NCBI GenBank assembly: GCA_964016885.1
Contig: OZ024743.1
Span: forward strand, 55,304,001-55,368,000
Reading direction: 5' to 3'
DNA from: Eledone cirrhosa
Taxonomy: Eukaryota
DNA length: 64,000 bases
The notes under the pieces are model-generated. The model had not been told where the DNA came from, did not search any database, and saw only the letters and a list, made by a program, of their open reading frames with translations. Both the position numbers and the translations under genes were made by a program. Every line of letters starts with the position of its first letter. Positions within the stretch are counted from its first letter, which is position 1. Below are positions 25,240 through 37,704 of this stretch, piece after piece.

Positions 25240-26460
25240 CATGGGAATTTAAACCTGACTCCTCCCATCCGTCACCAGGTCTTTACACAGCCGATTTCTT
25301 CCGGAGAGAGCGAAAAGGAGATAGTGTTATAGAGGAAGAATCGACCCCAGATGAAAGACAAAATTAACCTCGGCGAGATTTGAACTAAGAGCACAGTGAA
25401 CCCGAACAAATACTGCAAAGCATTCTATTCAAATCTCTAATGACTTCGTCGATTCGTCGTCATGTGGCATGTTAGCGACCAGGTAGCAAACAGTGGACCA
25501 ACAATTTGACAATAATAGCAGCAAAGTCCCCTTCATTTTTGTTCTTGAACATTCTTCGGATCAACCGACGGGGGTTTCAGTTGTTTGATCAATGGAACAG
25601 CCCCTCGACTCTTGCGAAATTAACATATAAGTGCCCGAGCCTTCCATAGACATAGGTAATCTTAACGTAGTTCTCAGAGATATTCAGCGTGCCACAGTAT
25701 GTGACCTGATTGACCTTTTAAATAACTGGAAAAAGGGAGCACTCAATTTTGGGCTACCTCAGGGAGCTCAATACTGAGACACCAGCTCAACAGATATGTC
25801 TTATTTAGGTACAGTAAATATTAAGAGCTGGAGTAGATTTCATCTCTGAAATGTAAACCGAATATTTAGGATACAATTCTGACATGTTACTGTAATACAT
25901 TAAATAAATGTTTCACTGTTCGCTGATCACAATCTGATATATGAAATGCGAACCTGTGAACAGAGGTTGGTAAGACGTGACTGATTATATGTTGCTATGT
26001 TATGCCCTGGTCCCTTACCTCATGATGGAGTCTTAGGGGCGCCGTCGTGACATTTGGTGTGTCATGGGCATTTAAATCTGGCGGCGCCTATCCGTCACTA
26101 GGTCTTAAACACAGCCGATTTCTTTCAGAGAGAGCGAAAATGAAATATTGATATAGAGGAAGAATCGACCCCAGATCAAAAGACAAAATTAACCTCCGTG
26201 AGATTTGAACTCAAAGTGCAGTGAACCCGAACAATTACTGCTAAGCATTCTATTTGACATTCTAACGACTCTGTCGATTCGCCGCCTCGTGGCATGTTAG
26301 TACATTAAGTTAAATAAATCTTTCACTGTTCGCTAATCTCAAGCAGATATACAAATATATCAGTATATTGTAAACGTCTAGATAAGAGGCAATGTTTTGT
26401 AACTGTCTCGGAATGCGAACCTGTGAACAGAGGGTGGCAAAAAGTGACAGTTTATATGTT
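25240..26460 (-). mobile_element. Cluster of SINE copies with local duplication
   Basis: 25240-25472 resembles 26063-26300, both with the same internal deletion of the SINE core; 25900-25995 resembles 26303-26460. Confidence 0.6.
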
Positions 26461-26958
26461 ACGTCTCCTTGAATAAACGAAATTGAAATGAGAAACTAAT
26501 GATCAGCTGTACATTACAAGCCTGTGTCAATTTATAGTAGATTTACGTTAAATGTCAGATACATGACTAACGCTCAATCATTTTGACATACACTGTCACT
26601 TGAGAAATTCTCAAACGATGTATGAATATATTTGTCTATGTAAATATATTTACGTATGTCTGTGAGTCTGTGTCTGTGTACTATACGTGGCGTATGTTTG
26701 TGTATTGGTGCGACGGAGTGTGCGTGTGAGAGAGAGAGAGAACTGGAGAGAGAAAGAAAGGGAGAGAGAAAGAAAGGGCTAGAGGAAGAGAGAGTGTGTG
26801 TGTATCTGTGAATGTAAGTATATATGTTTACAGAAAGAAATGTGAATACATACATATGTATATGTGTATGTATGTGTGGGTATAGTATGTATAATAAGAG
26901 AACGAAAGACTGGTGCTTAGACACATTCACATACACATAAGCAAACATATACACATAA

Positions 26959-26995
<37 letters not shown>

Positions 26996-27075
26996 GGTGC
27001 CTGGATGTGTGTATTTGAGTGTGTGAATGTATGTGCGCTTCTCTTTCTCTCACATTACACACACGCACACACATG

Positions 27076-27164
<89 letters not shown>

Positions 27165-27619
27165 TACACACGCGCTCACATGCATATGCATTGCCACGAA
27201 TGTACATATACGAACAAGAGACTAAGAAAAATGAGCAAGAAACAGGGAGAGAGAGAGAGAGAAAGAGGGGTGGAGACTAGGCGGTAATAATAACAATAAT
27301 ACCAACAATAACAATAACAATAACAATAATAACAACAACAATAAATGCAACAATGGCAAAATACAGAAGAAGAGAATGCAGAAGAATAATAAGAAAGTGA
27401 GTGAAAAAGTCTTAAGTCTGGCGTACAATAATTGTAGAAGCCAAACAAAGTCTGTTTTGCTAATTTTCTTTATAAACGATGTCTGAAATACTTTGAATGT
27501 ATCAGGTTTTGGCAATTTTCGAGTAACTAACGAATGTTGTCAGGAGATCAGGTCAGAGTGAAAGAGCTGTCAGTTTAGAGGTAAGCAAAATATGATGAGT
27601 GTTTGAGGGCGAATGAGTG

Positions 27620-29345
27620 AGTTAAAGCTGGTTTGGATGGCTGACTGGTTGACTAGTGGTTGGCTGGTGTGTTGGATGGTTGGTTTGTTGGTTGGCTGGT
27701 CCGTTGGCTGGTTTGTTGGTGGGTTGGTGGGTTGGTTGGATGGCGGGTTGGCTGGTTGGCTGGATGGTTGGTTGATTGATGGGCTGGTTTGTTGGTTGGC
27801 TGATTTGTTGGTTGGTTGGCTGGCGGTTTGATTGATTGGCTGGTTTGTTGGTTGGCTGGTGGTGAGTTGGATGGCTGGCTAGCTGGTTGGTTGGATGGCT
27901 GGCTGATTGGTTTGTTGTGATGAATTTGTTAGTTGGCTCGATGGGTGGGTGGCTGGTTGACCGGTTCGCTGGTTGACTAGTTGGCTGGTTGACCGGTTGG
28001 CTGGATGGTTTGTTGGTTTGTTGGCTTGTTGATCGGTTGGTTGGTTGTTTGTTGGTCGGTTGGTTGGTGGCTTGTTTGTAGTGGCTGGTTGGCTGGCTGG
28101 TTGCTGGTTGGTTTTTTGTTTGGCTGGCTGGCTGGTTGGTTGGCTGATTGGGCTGGTTAGATGGCTGACTTGTTCATTAGTGGCTGGCTGGCTGGACGGT
28201 GTGTTGGTTGATCGGTTGTTTGTTTGGTTGACTCGTCTGTCGGCTGGTTGGATGGTTGGCTGGCTGAATCGTTGGCTGGTTAGTCGGTTGTTTGAATGGT
28301 TGGTCTGTTGGTTGGATGGCTTGTTGGCTGGTTGTTTGGCTGGTTAGTTGGCTGGTTTGGGGGTTGATTGGTTGGCTGGCTAGTTCGGGAACGAGCTGGC
28401 TGGTTACAAGCTGGCTGGTTACAAGCTGGCTGCTGATCTGCTTCACTGGTTGGCTAGTTGGTTCGTTTGACTTGAGGGGTAGTTAAATGCTAATGGGCTG
28501 GTTGCTTTGATGCTTGAATAGTTTGATGTCTGGCTGTTGGTTATGTTGGCTAGATGGTTAGATGGCGGGTAGGCTGGCTAGCTTGCTAGTTGCTAGATTG
28601 GGTGTTTGGTTGGATGGTTGGCTGGCATAGGGGTCAGTTGGTTGGTTGGCTGTCTAGTGGGTCAGTTGGTTGGTTGGCTGGCTTATGGGTCAGTTGGATG
28701 GTTGACTGGCTAGTGGGTCATTTGTTTACTTGGCTGGCTAGTGGGTCAGTTGGTTGCTTGGCTGGCTAGTGGGTCAGTCGGTTGGTTGGCTGGCCAGTGG
28801 CTCAGTTGGATGGTTGGCTGGATAGCGGGTCAGTTGGTTGGTTGGCTGGCTAGTGGGTCATTTGTTTGCTTGGCTGGCTAGTGGGTCAGTTGGTTGCTTG
28901 GCTGGCTAGTGGGTCAGTTGGTTGCTTGGCTGGCCAGTGGGTCAGTTGGATGGTTGGCTGGATAGAGGGTCAGTTGGTTGGTTGGCTGGTTAGTGGGTCA
29001 TTTGTTTGCTTGGCTGGCTAGTGGGTCAGTTGGTTGCTTGGCTGGTTATAGGTCAGTTGTATGATTGGCTGGCTAGATAGTGGGTCAGTTGCTTGGTTGG
29101 CTGGCTGGCTGGTTGGTAGGTTTGTTAAAGACTGGACTGGTTGGGTGGAAGATTGGGTGGGTAGTTAAATTGAGGACAGGATGTTTCGATAGCTGGCTGG
29201 CTGGTGAAAAGCTGGTTCACTTGACTGGCTGGTCTGTTGAGTTGATGCAGTGGACGGTTAGTTGGTTACCGTGTTGGTTGGTTGGCGGCTAAGATGGATA
29301 GATGGTTGGCTGGCTGGTTGGATGTTTGGCTAGCTGGTTGGTTGA
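27620..29345. repeat. Degenerate (GGTT/GGCT)n tract with 28-bp minisatellite (~28610-29100)
   Basis: Unit gctggctagtgggtcagttggttgcttg. Confidence 0.9.
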
Positions 29346-29768
29346 TAGGTAATTTGTCGGTCGACAGTTGACAAAACAAGTCCAACACTTGGTACACAAT
29401 ACAGGAGAGCAGAGCAAGTTTTTAACTTATATATATATATTAGATATGTAACTACAGTGACAGCGGTGCGGCGTTCGAAGCACTCACTCCTTTTACGAGC
29501 CCCATCTTGTTTCGGTTGTATTCCAGGATTAAGGCGGCTATAGTGCGCAGGGTGTAAACAGATGAAGAGGAATTGAAGTCAGTGTTGCAGCATAAGTAAG
29601 AAATTCTAGATGTGTTTTAACACATATAAACTCGCATATCTGGCGAGATGTCGAAATGCGTCGGGCCCCGTCATCCTTATTGTACCCTAAGCTGATCGAT
29701 ATCGTAATATTGTAATATGCCAAACACGTTTGTACTTATGCTGCAACACTAACTTCAATTCTTCTTAA

Positions 29769-29873
<105 letters not shown>

Positions 29874-29918
29874 AGAAGAATGTATATATATATATATATA
29901 TATATATATTCTTCTTAA

Positions 29919-30152
<234 letters not shown>

Positions 30153-30197
30153 TAGAGAGAGAGATAGAAAGTTAGAGAGAGAGATAGAAATTATATA

Positions 30198-30299
<102 letters not shown>

Positions 30300-30358
30300 A
30301 AAGTTAGAGAGAGAGATAGTAGAAATTATATATATATATGTGTGTGTATATGTATATA

Positions 30359-30409
<51 letters not shown>

Positions 30410-30468
30410 TATATACATATATATATATAAAGTTAGAGAGAGAGAGATAGAAATTATATATATATATC

Positions 30469-30525
<57 letters not shown>

Positions 30526-30646
30526 ACATATATACATAGCATTAGTTAGACATTCATTATGTATTGCAATAGATAAATTACTTCTATATTTACGTATCAA
30601 GGGTTCATTCATAAGAATAAATTACACTCAAGTAGTTATGTATATA

Positions 30647-30698
<52 letters not shown>

Positions 30699-31032
30699 TA
30701 TATGGGAACCGCTTTTCTTTTGAACGAATCACTGTATTGTACTCTGAAGCAAATTATCCACCCAATGCAAGAATGCAATGTTATAGTGATACCAGATGTG
30801 ATCGGGGTATTAGGACCAATCCCATAGAAACTTCAATATTTCTTAAAGCGGTTCTGAGTATCATGCAAGATTGATGTCATACAAACATCACCCTCGGTAG
30901 GTACTGCTTACATTCTAAGGAAAGTATTGTTTGTCTGGGTTCCTTGTGATTTGACAGATGACTAAATACTCCCGTCCATTAATCATTTACGCTGTGGTAA
31001 CAATAATACGGCTGCTGCTTCTACTACTACTA

Positions 31033-32544
31033 TCTATATAATACTAAAAGTCTGTGGTTGCTTGCTTGTCTATAATCTAGTACAGCCAAAAGGGCGCATA
31101 ATGGGAAATTACTTTGAAAGGAAGTTGACCCTGAAATAGGGATACAAATGGAATAAAACAATTTTCGCGTAAATCGGAGCACGAGATTCCGAGATACGGG
31201 GTTTTCTGGGTACCTTCATAAACAAAGATATATTTCTTTTATTTGCCACTAGGGCATCAAAAGTGGGACAAGTACAAAGGGGGGAGTTTACACAAAAAGG
31301 CGTCCTCAATAAGGAGGAGGCAATAACAAAATATAAAAATAAAATAAGATATAACAAAAAATAAAATTTTTAACAAAATCCTCAATAGAGAGGAGGCGCC
31401 TTGGGGGGTCGCACACACCCCCGAAAAAAGTGTGCAACCCTTCTCCTCAGGAGCACAGAGAAGGGGTGCTCCCTTGGTCTTTCATCTTCCTCACCTATAG
31501 TCTGATGTAGAGTGAAGGCCCATTCACACGGGCCATTCTCGCCACTTTCACCCATCTTTCATAGAAACGGCTGGGGTGCAGCACCTCTCTCTCCATCCTG
31601 ATCCTTCTTCCGAAATGATATCGGAAGAAACGGACCAGTTGTTGGCCAGAGAGAAAGGTGCCCGACCTCAGTCCTTTCAGACGCGTCCACCATACAACCT
31701 CTTTCGCCATGGCTATTACGCACAGAAACACCGCCTCTGCTTCATCTTTGAAGGGGGGAGGCGGCTTGATCATTACAATAGACTCGGTGGTCAACCGGAT
31801 CGGTCCCACCCTTGACAGCAGTTGTTCGACATAGCCCCACAGATCGGCTACGCCCGAGCAGTGTACTAATGCGTGTGCAACGGTTTCCTCGTCGCACACG
31901 CATCTGGGACAGATCTTTTTGGCGGGGTCCCTACCCGGGCGCCCGTGTCTGTAGAGCCTTTCTCGAACGGGTAAAGCCCCTCGGTAGCACTGCCAGGCCA
32001 GGGACTTCTGGAAGTTGTCCATAGGTCCCGGGCTGAATGTCCTACCGAAAAGGCTGGCCAGTTCGTCCTCCTCCATGTCTAGGGCTTCTCCGAGGGCGTC
32101 GTCGCACCTGCTGCGTACCAGCCCTCTATAGAATGTTGCGGTGGAGTCTCCACTGATAACCGGATCCGCCTGCCAGAGGGCGGTGAGCGCCTGGGCACAC
32201 TCAGTGTGCCAGGCGCCCAGTTTTCTCGGTCTTTGCTTGACCCAGGATTGCAGCTCGGTGAGTGAGACGAGTCTGGGAAAGGTTCGTCTCACAAACGAGG
32301 CCCACACCGGTTGTCCGGTGAGGAATACGTAGAGGTGCCGTAGCCTTAATGCGTGTTTACGCATCATTAGCCACGGCATCCCCAGCCCTCCTTTCGAAGG
32401 GTGTTGACAGCAGATGGATCTCCTCACCATAGGAGCCCGCCTCTTCCAAAGGAATTGGAAGAGCGCGCGCTCCATCTTGGTGAGGGTTTCCCTTGGGCAG
32501 GGCACTACGGTCAGGCGGTAGTAGATGACGGACGCTTCATAAAC

Positions 32545-32613
<69 letters not shown>

Positions 32614-32763
32614 GATAGATAGACAGAGAGAGAGAGAGAGTGAGAGAGAGAGAGAGATAGAGAGAGAGAGAGAAAGACAGAGCTGCTGGTGTTGTGTATA
32701 TATATATATATATATGTGTGTGTATATGTTTGTGTGACCAGTGTATATAGATCACAGGCAGCC

Positions 32764-32795
<32 letters not shown>

Positions 32796-32996
32796 ATATA
32801 TATATGTATGTATACACACACTCATATCTATATATATACATACACACATGTATATATATATGGGCCTTCTAGTTTCACTTAACATTATATACATGTTTGT
32901 GTATATTTCAATTATTTAAAACTTATTTTTAAGTGAACATAATTGTTAAAGGATATTTTGAAGTGAAAGTGACCCGACGGGTCACGGGTGGTCTAG
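31033..32996 (+). mobile_element. Non-autonomous Helitron (hosting a Tx1/L1 insertion)
   Basis: 5' A|TCtatataatac; 3' hairpin gtgacccgacgggtcac then CTAG|T. Confidence 0.7.
31231..32534 (-). mobile_element. 5'-truncated Tx1/L1-clade LINE with uninterrupted ORF2 C-terminus
   Basis: ORF 31495-32505 has GGLGMP and the RT zinc-binding motif CPRC...ETVAHALVHC; AATAAA at the 3' end; perfect 17-bp TSD cttcataaacaaagata (31214-31230 / 32535-32551). Confidence 0.92.
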
Positions 32997-33004
32997 TTAC
33001 TTAT

Positions 33005-34215
33005 AATAATTGTTTCTACTTTTGGCACAAGGCCAGCAATTGCCCAGTGCATTACTGGTACTTTATTTTATTGACCCCGTAAGGATGAAAGGCAAAGTTA
33101 ACCTCGGCGGGATTTGAACTCAGATCATAAAAGGACGTAACTCTATGCTTCAAAGCATGGTGTCCGGCTCTCTACCGATACTGCCAATCCACCGCGGTTT
33201 CTGATTTAGGCTCAAGGCTATCAATCTTAGTGGAGGGCAAAAGCGATTAAATCGACCCCAATGTATTACTGCTACTTTATTTTATCGACCAATACTGGCA
33301 ACCCAGCGCCCTTGAAAATTGAAATAATTGTTTCTAATTTAGACACAAGGCAATAGGAGGAGGGGGAGTCCATTAAATCCACCCCAGTGCATTACTGGTA
33401 CGTTATTTTTATCGATCCCGTAAGAATGAAAGGCAAAGCTAACCTTGGTGGGATTTGAACTCAGAATGTAAAGGGTCGTAACCTTGTGCTGTAAAGAATG
33501 TTATCTGACGCTTTACTGACACTGCCAATCCACTGCCCTTGGAACGTGTAATAATTGTTTCTACTTTTGGCACAAGGCCAGCAATTCCTCAGTACATTAC
33601 TGGTACTTTATTTTATCGACCCTGTAAGGATGAAAGGCAAAGTTAACCTCGGCGGGATTTGAACTCAGATCACAAAGGGCCGTAACTCTGTGCATCAAAG
33701 CATGGCGTCCGACCCCCTGCCGGTACTGCCAATCCACCACCCTGGAGCGTGAAATAATAATGGTTTCTCATAGAGGCACAAGATCATTAATTTGGGGGGA
33801 GTGAGAAGTCGATTATATCGACCCCCAGTACATTACTGGTACTTTATTGTATCGACCTCCTAAAGATGAAAGGCAAAGCTAACTTCAGTGGGATTTGAAC
33901 TCAGAACATAAAGGGACATAACTCTCTGCCACGAAGCATGGTGTCCGACGCTCTACCGATACTGCCAATCTATCTCCCCGAATAATAATAATTGTTTCTA
34001 TTATAGGCACAAGGCCAGCAATTTTGTTATGGGGAGGGGAAAGTTGATTAAATCGACACCAGTACATTACTGGTACTTTATTTTATCGACCCTGTAAGGA
34101 TGAAAGGCAAAGTTAACCTCGGCGGGATTTGAACTCAGACTGTAAAGGGGCGTAACTCTATGCTGCAAAGCATGTTGTCCGACACTCTACCGATACTGCC
34201 AATCCACCGCCCTGA
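33005..34215 (-). mobile_element. Head-to-tail array of ~5-6 SINE copies
   Basis: Core gtactttattttatcgacc...aaggatgaaaggcaaagttaacctcggcgggatttgaactcag at ~33060, 33400, 33603, 33838 and 34073, plus a partial copy at ~33270. Confidence 0.9.
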
Positions 34216-35167
34216 TAATAATGATAATTGTTTTCGGATGTTATTTCAGTGACATAGTTTATATACATATGTTATTTTTTTATTCATTTTATTTTACACA
34301 CATCGTTGAATGTTTTTGAAATAATATCTGAATTATTATTGTGATAACAGATGACATCTTAAATAACTAAACGTCACACATCACATGATCTTCGTACTTA
34401 CGCTGCCATCTTTAATTTTCCTGATGCTATGTTTTAAAATAATAAAAATGTTATACACAAGCGGTTGCACATGTAGATGTTATAGAGTCACGAGTGATTT
34501 AACTGATGGGTGGAAGGGGATAGAGAAAATTATATGACATTACAAACATCATTTTGACTTCTTAAACAATATATTTACATTTTGATTATATGACTGATTG
34601 TTAGATATGTAGTCATGGATTTTTTTTTTTTTTTTTGTGGGAAAGCAGGTATATAGTAAATTAGAAAACTAAAGTAGAGAAAAGTAAAGAAAACAATACA
34701 TTTTACACATTCACGTTATATTTCATGATATTTCGAGGTTATTATCTCTATTTTAAAAGAAAGAAAATTGTGTGTCTTATTGGTATTCAACGGTGCTTTA
34801 CCGTAAGAGATAAAAGCCTCGACAATAAACTGAAGAAAGACGATAAACCCATTGTCGGCACAATGCAAGAGTAAAGAAAACAAAACAAAATTGAATTAAC
34901 GTTTTCACCTAATTTTTTAATATTTAGAGGAAAGGACGTTTTTCAAAGGATAGGAAATGGAGCCTGCTGGTGGCGACGTAAGATGCCCTGCTGCAAGCAG
35001 TGTAGTACATATAAAGTTGTTTGAGATATGTGGGTAGGAGTGGTATGAGAAAGCTGGTACAAGGCAAATTAAAGTTACAAGAGTGAAAACTAGAAGCTAG
35101 AGTAAAATAAGAAAAACGAAACAAACAATTTATACACTTTTTTACTTTATATAACATTATATTTCGA

Positions 35168-35318
35168 GGGCGGTGGATTGGCAGTATCGGTAGAGGGTCT
35201 GAGTTCAAATCCCGCCGAGGTTAACTTTGCCTTTCATCCTTACGGGGTCGATAAATTAAAGCACCAGTAATACACTGGGATAATTGCTGGCCTTGTGCCA
35301 AAAGTAGAAACAATTATA
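35168..35318 (+). mobile_element. SINE, internally deleted
   Basis: Same head and core as 2004-2195. Confidence 0.85.
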
Positions 35319-35431
35319 TTTCGCGGATAGGACCTCGTTTTTTTTTTGTTTTTTTTTTAGGAGATAAATAAATAAATGCAGTATTTTGTTTTTCTAACCT
35401 TACTCAATGTTCACCCTTGTTCTTGTAATTG

Positions 35432-35586
35432 AGAAAGATGGTTGGATAACATCCATTAGCTTGGCTGGTCTCGCTTGGGGGTCCAGCCAGATCAGCTGGA
35501 GACGGTTGCTTCTGACAAGACACGCTGGAAGGAGTGTTTGAGGACTCTTCCACCGCGACCCTTTCAAGAAGAAGAAGAAGAAGAAT
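35432..35586 (+). mobile_element. RTE LINE 3' end with (GAA)n tail
   Basis: WLDNI..LGWSRLG...VASDKTRWKECLRTLPPRP followed by (gaa)n. Confidence 0.65.
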
Positions 35587-35763
35587 TACCTCCATTTAAG
35601 ATGTTATGAAAATACAATTTGAGATGTGTTACATTTTAAGAAACTAGCATTATATCCCTGTAGCTAATTCAAACTCATCTGCTAAGGTACAAGACCCATG
35701 AACCAATATAGTACGCGAAGATATACTTTATTTTCAGGATGAATTCATAATCGTATAAAAGTA

Positions 35764-36113
35764 CCGTATTTTCCGGCGTCAAAGACGCTATTTTTTCTGA
35801 AGATAAGTCTCGAAAATCTACCATGCGTCCTGGAGGCCAAAGGTTGCGTTTCTGACAGGCATATCCTAACCTCAGAGGAAAATTATCTATGCTAGACTGT
35901 AATCTGAACTCCTGTATATGACCTCTCAATGAAGTTTATAAATTAAACTTAGTTAAAGCGGGAAATAAACAACATATCATTAAAAAATTAGGTTGAAAGA
36001 CCCGAAGTGCCGAGTCGTTATTTTTATGTTTATCATTTGTTTCTCAAATTTTAGGTTGTCAAAATTGGGGTACGTCCTCGAGGGTGAAGTGTCTTCAACG
36101 ACGGCAAATACGG
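35764..36113. mobile_element. pogo/Tc1-type MITE
   Basis: TIR ccgtattttccggcgtcaaagacgc / gtgtcttcaacgacggcaaatacgg; TA TSD. Confidence 0.7.
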
Positions 36114-36879
36114 TAGTTTGGTACATCAATATATGTGACGAATCTGTGTAATTTCTGTCAACCAAATTTCGCTCAGAAGACATTAGTCGACCTAAAGCCA
36201 CAGAAGAACTCATTTCCTCAATGTGCCGCAGATTAGGATTGAATTCGAAGCTATGCAGTTTCAAAGCAAATACTTAACCACAGTCATTCTATAATCCTCA
36301 ACGAAAACGAAACCGGGTTTAGCAATAGGGCAAAGATTCATATACGAATAAATAAAGTGTACCTCTAAATATTCTTCTACTCTTTTACTCTTTTACCTGT
36401 TCCAGCCATCCGACTGAGGCCATGCTGAGGCACCGCCCTTGTATTGTGTACTATTTTCTCGGCCATGTATTTATATATAAGTGTGCATACGTTTTTGTTT
36501 GTGGAGGTGTGTGGCTTAGTGGTTTGGTTGTTTGATTCACATTGCCCCAGTTAACTTAGCTAGATGACAATGAGTTGTTACGTACTTTGCAAAGCCGAAT
36601 CTCTCTAAGAAATACATTAAATGTACATAGTGTGTGGAATATCCAGTCATTTAAGCGGGTTGTTCCGTTGATGAAACAAATCGAACACTCATCGTTAGAA
36701 GCAACGGATGTCCAACATATGTGAGTGTATGTGGGGTATGTTTTTGTGTGTGAGTATGTGCGCAGGGTGTGTTTGTGTATGTGAGTATGTGTGAATGTGG
36801 TGTGTGTGATTGTGTGTATGAGTATGTGAGGGGAGTGTGTCGGTGTGTGTGTATTTGTAAATGAAGACAAGTATAATTA

Positions 36880-37097
36880 ACGATTTCTAATTTAGGTACA
36901 AGGCCAGCGATTTGTGGGGAGGGGAAATGTCATTACTTAGAACCAGTACGTGGCTGGTACTTAATTTTATCCACCTCGAAAGGTTGAAAGACAAAGTAGA
37001 CCTTGGCGGGATTTGAACTCAAGCTGTAAAGACCCATAATTAAAGCCGCAAACCATTTTCTCCTACACTCTACCGATTCTGCCAATTCACCACCCTA
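36880..37097 (-). mobile_element. SINE, diverged
   Basis: Reverse-complement core and head. Confidence 0.75.
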
Positions 37098-37404
37098 AGT
37101 CATGTACATTTAACAGTAAGTGCACGTACTTCCGTTCAATGTTTTATAATATATTTGCTTGGGTTATATACTGAAAATATAATGATACTATATTCATCTC
37201 GCCATCATCACCCTCTCCCCAGCTTTTGCTTCTTCATTCTTTCCACTCTCCTACTCTTTCTACCCCCCCCCCCCCTCTTTCTCTCCCTCTTGTATCCACA
37301 CACAAATATATATATATAATACATCTTTGACAAATCAAAAAAAGGGAGAAAAAAAAGGATAACTGACCCTTAAATATATTTTCAGTGCTATTTCCAATTT
37401 CACC

Positions 37405-37693
<289 letters not shown>

Positions 37694-37704
37694 TATATAT
37701 ATAT

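Noticed and set aside
27506-27586. Exon ending in AG|GTAAGC
   Set aside because: Stops in all frames from the better acceptor.
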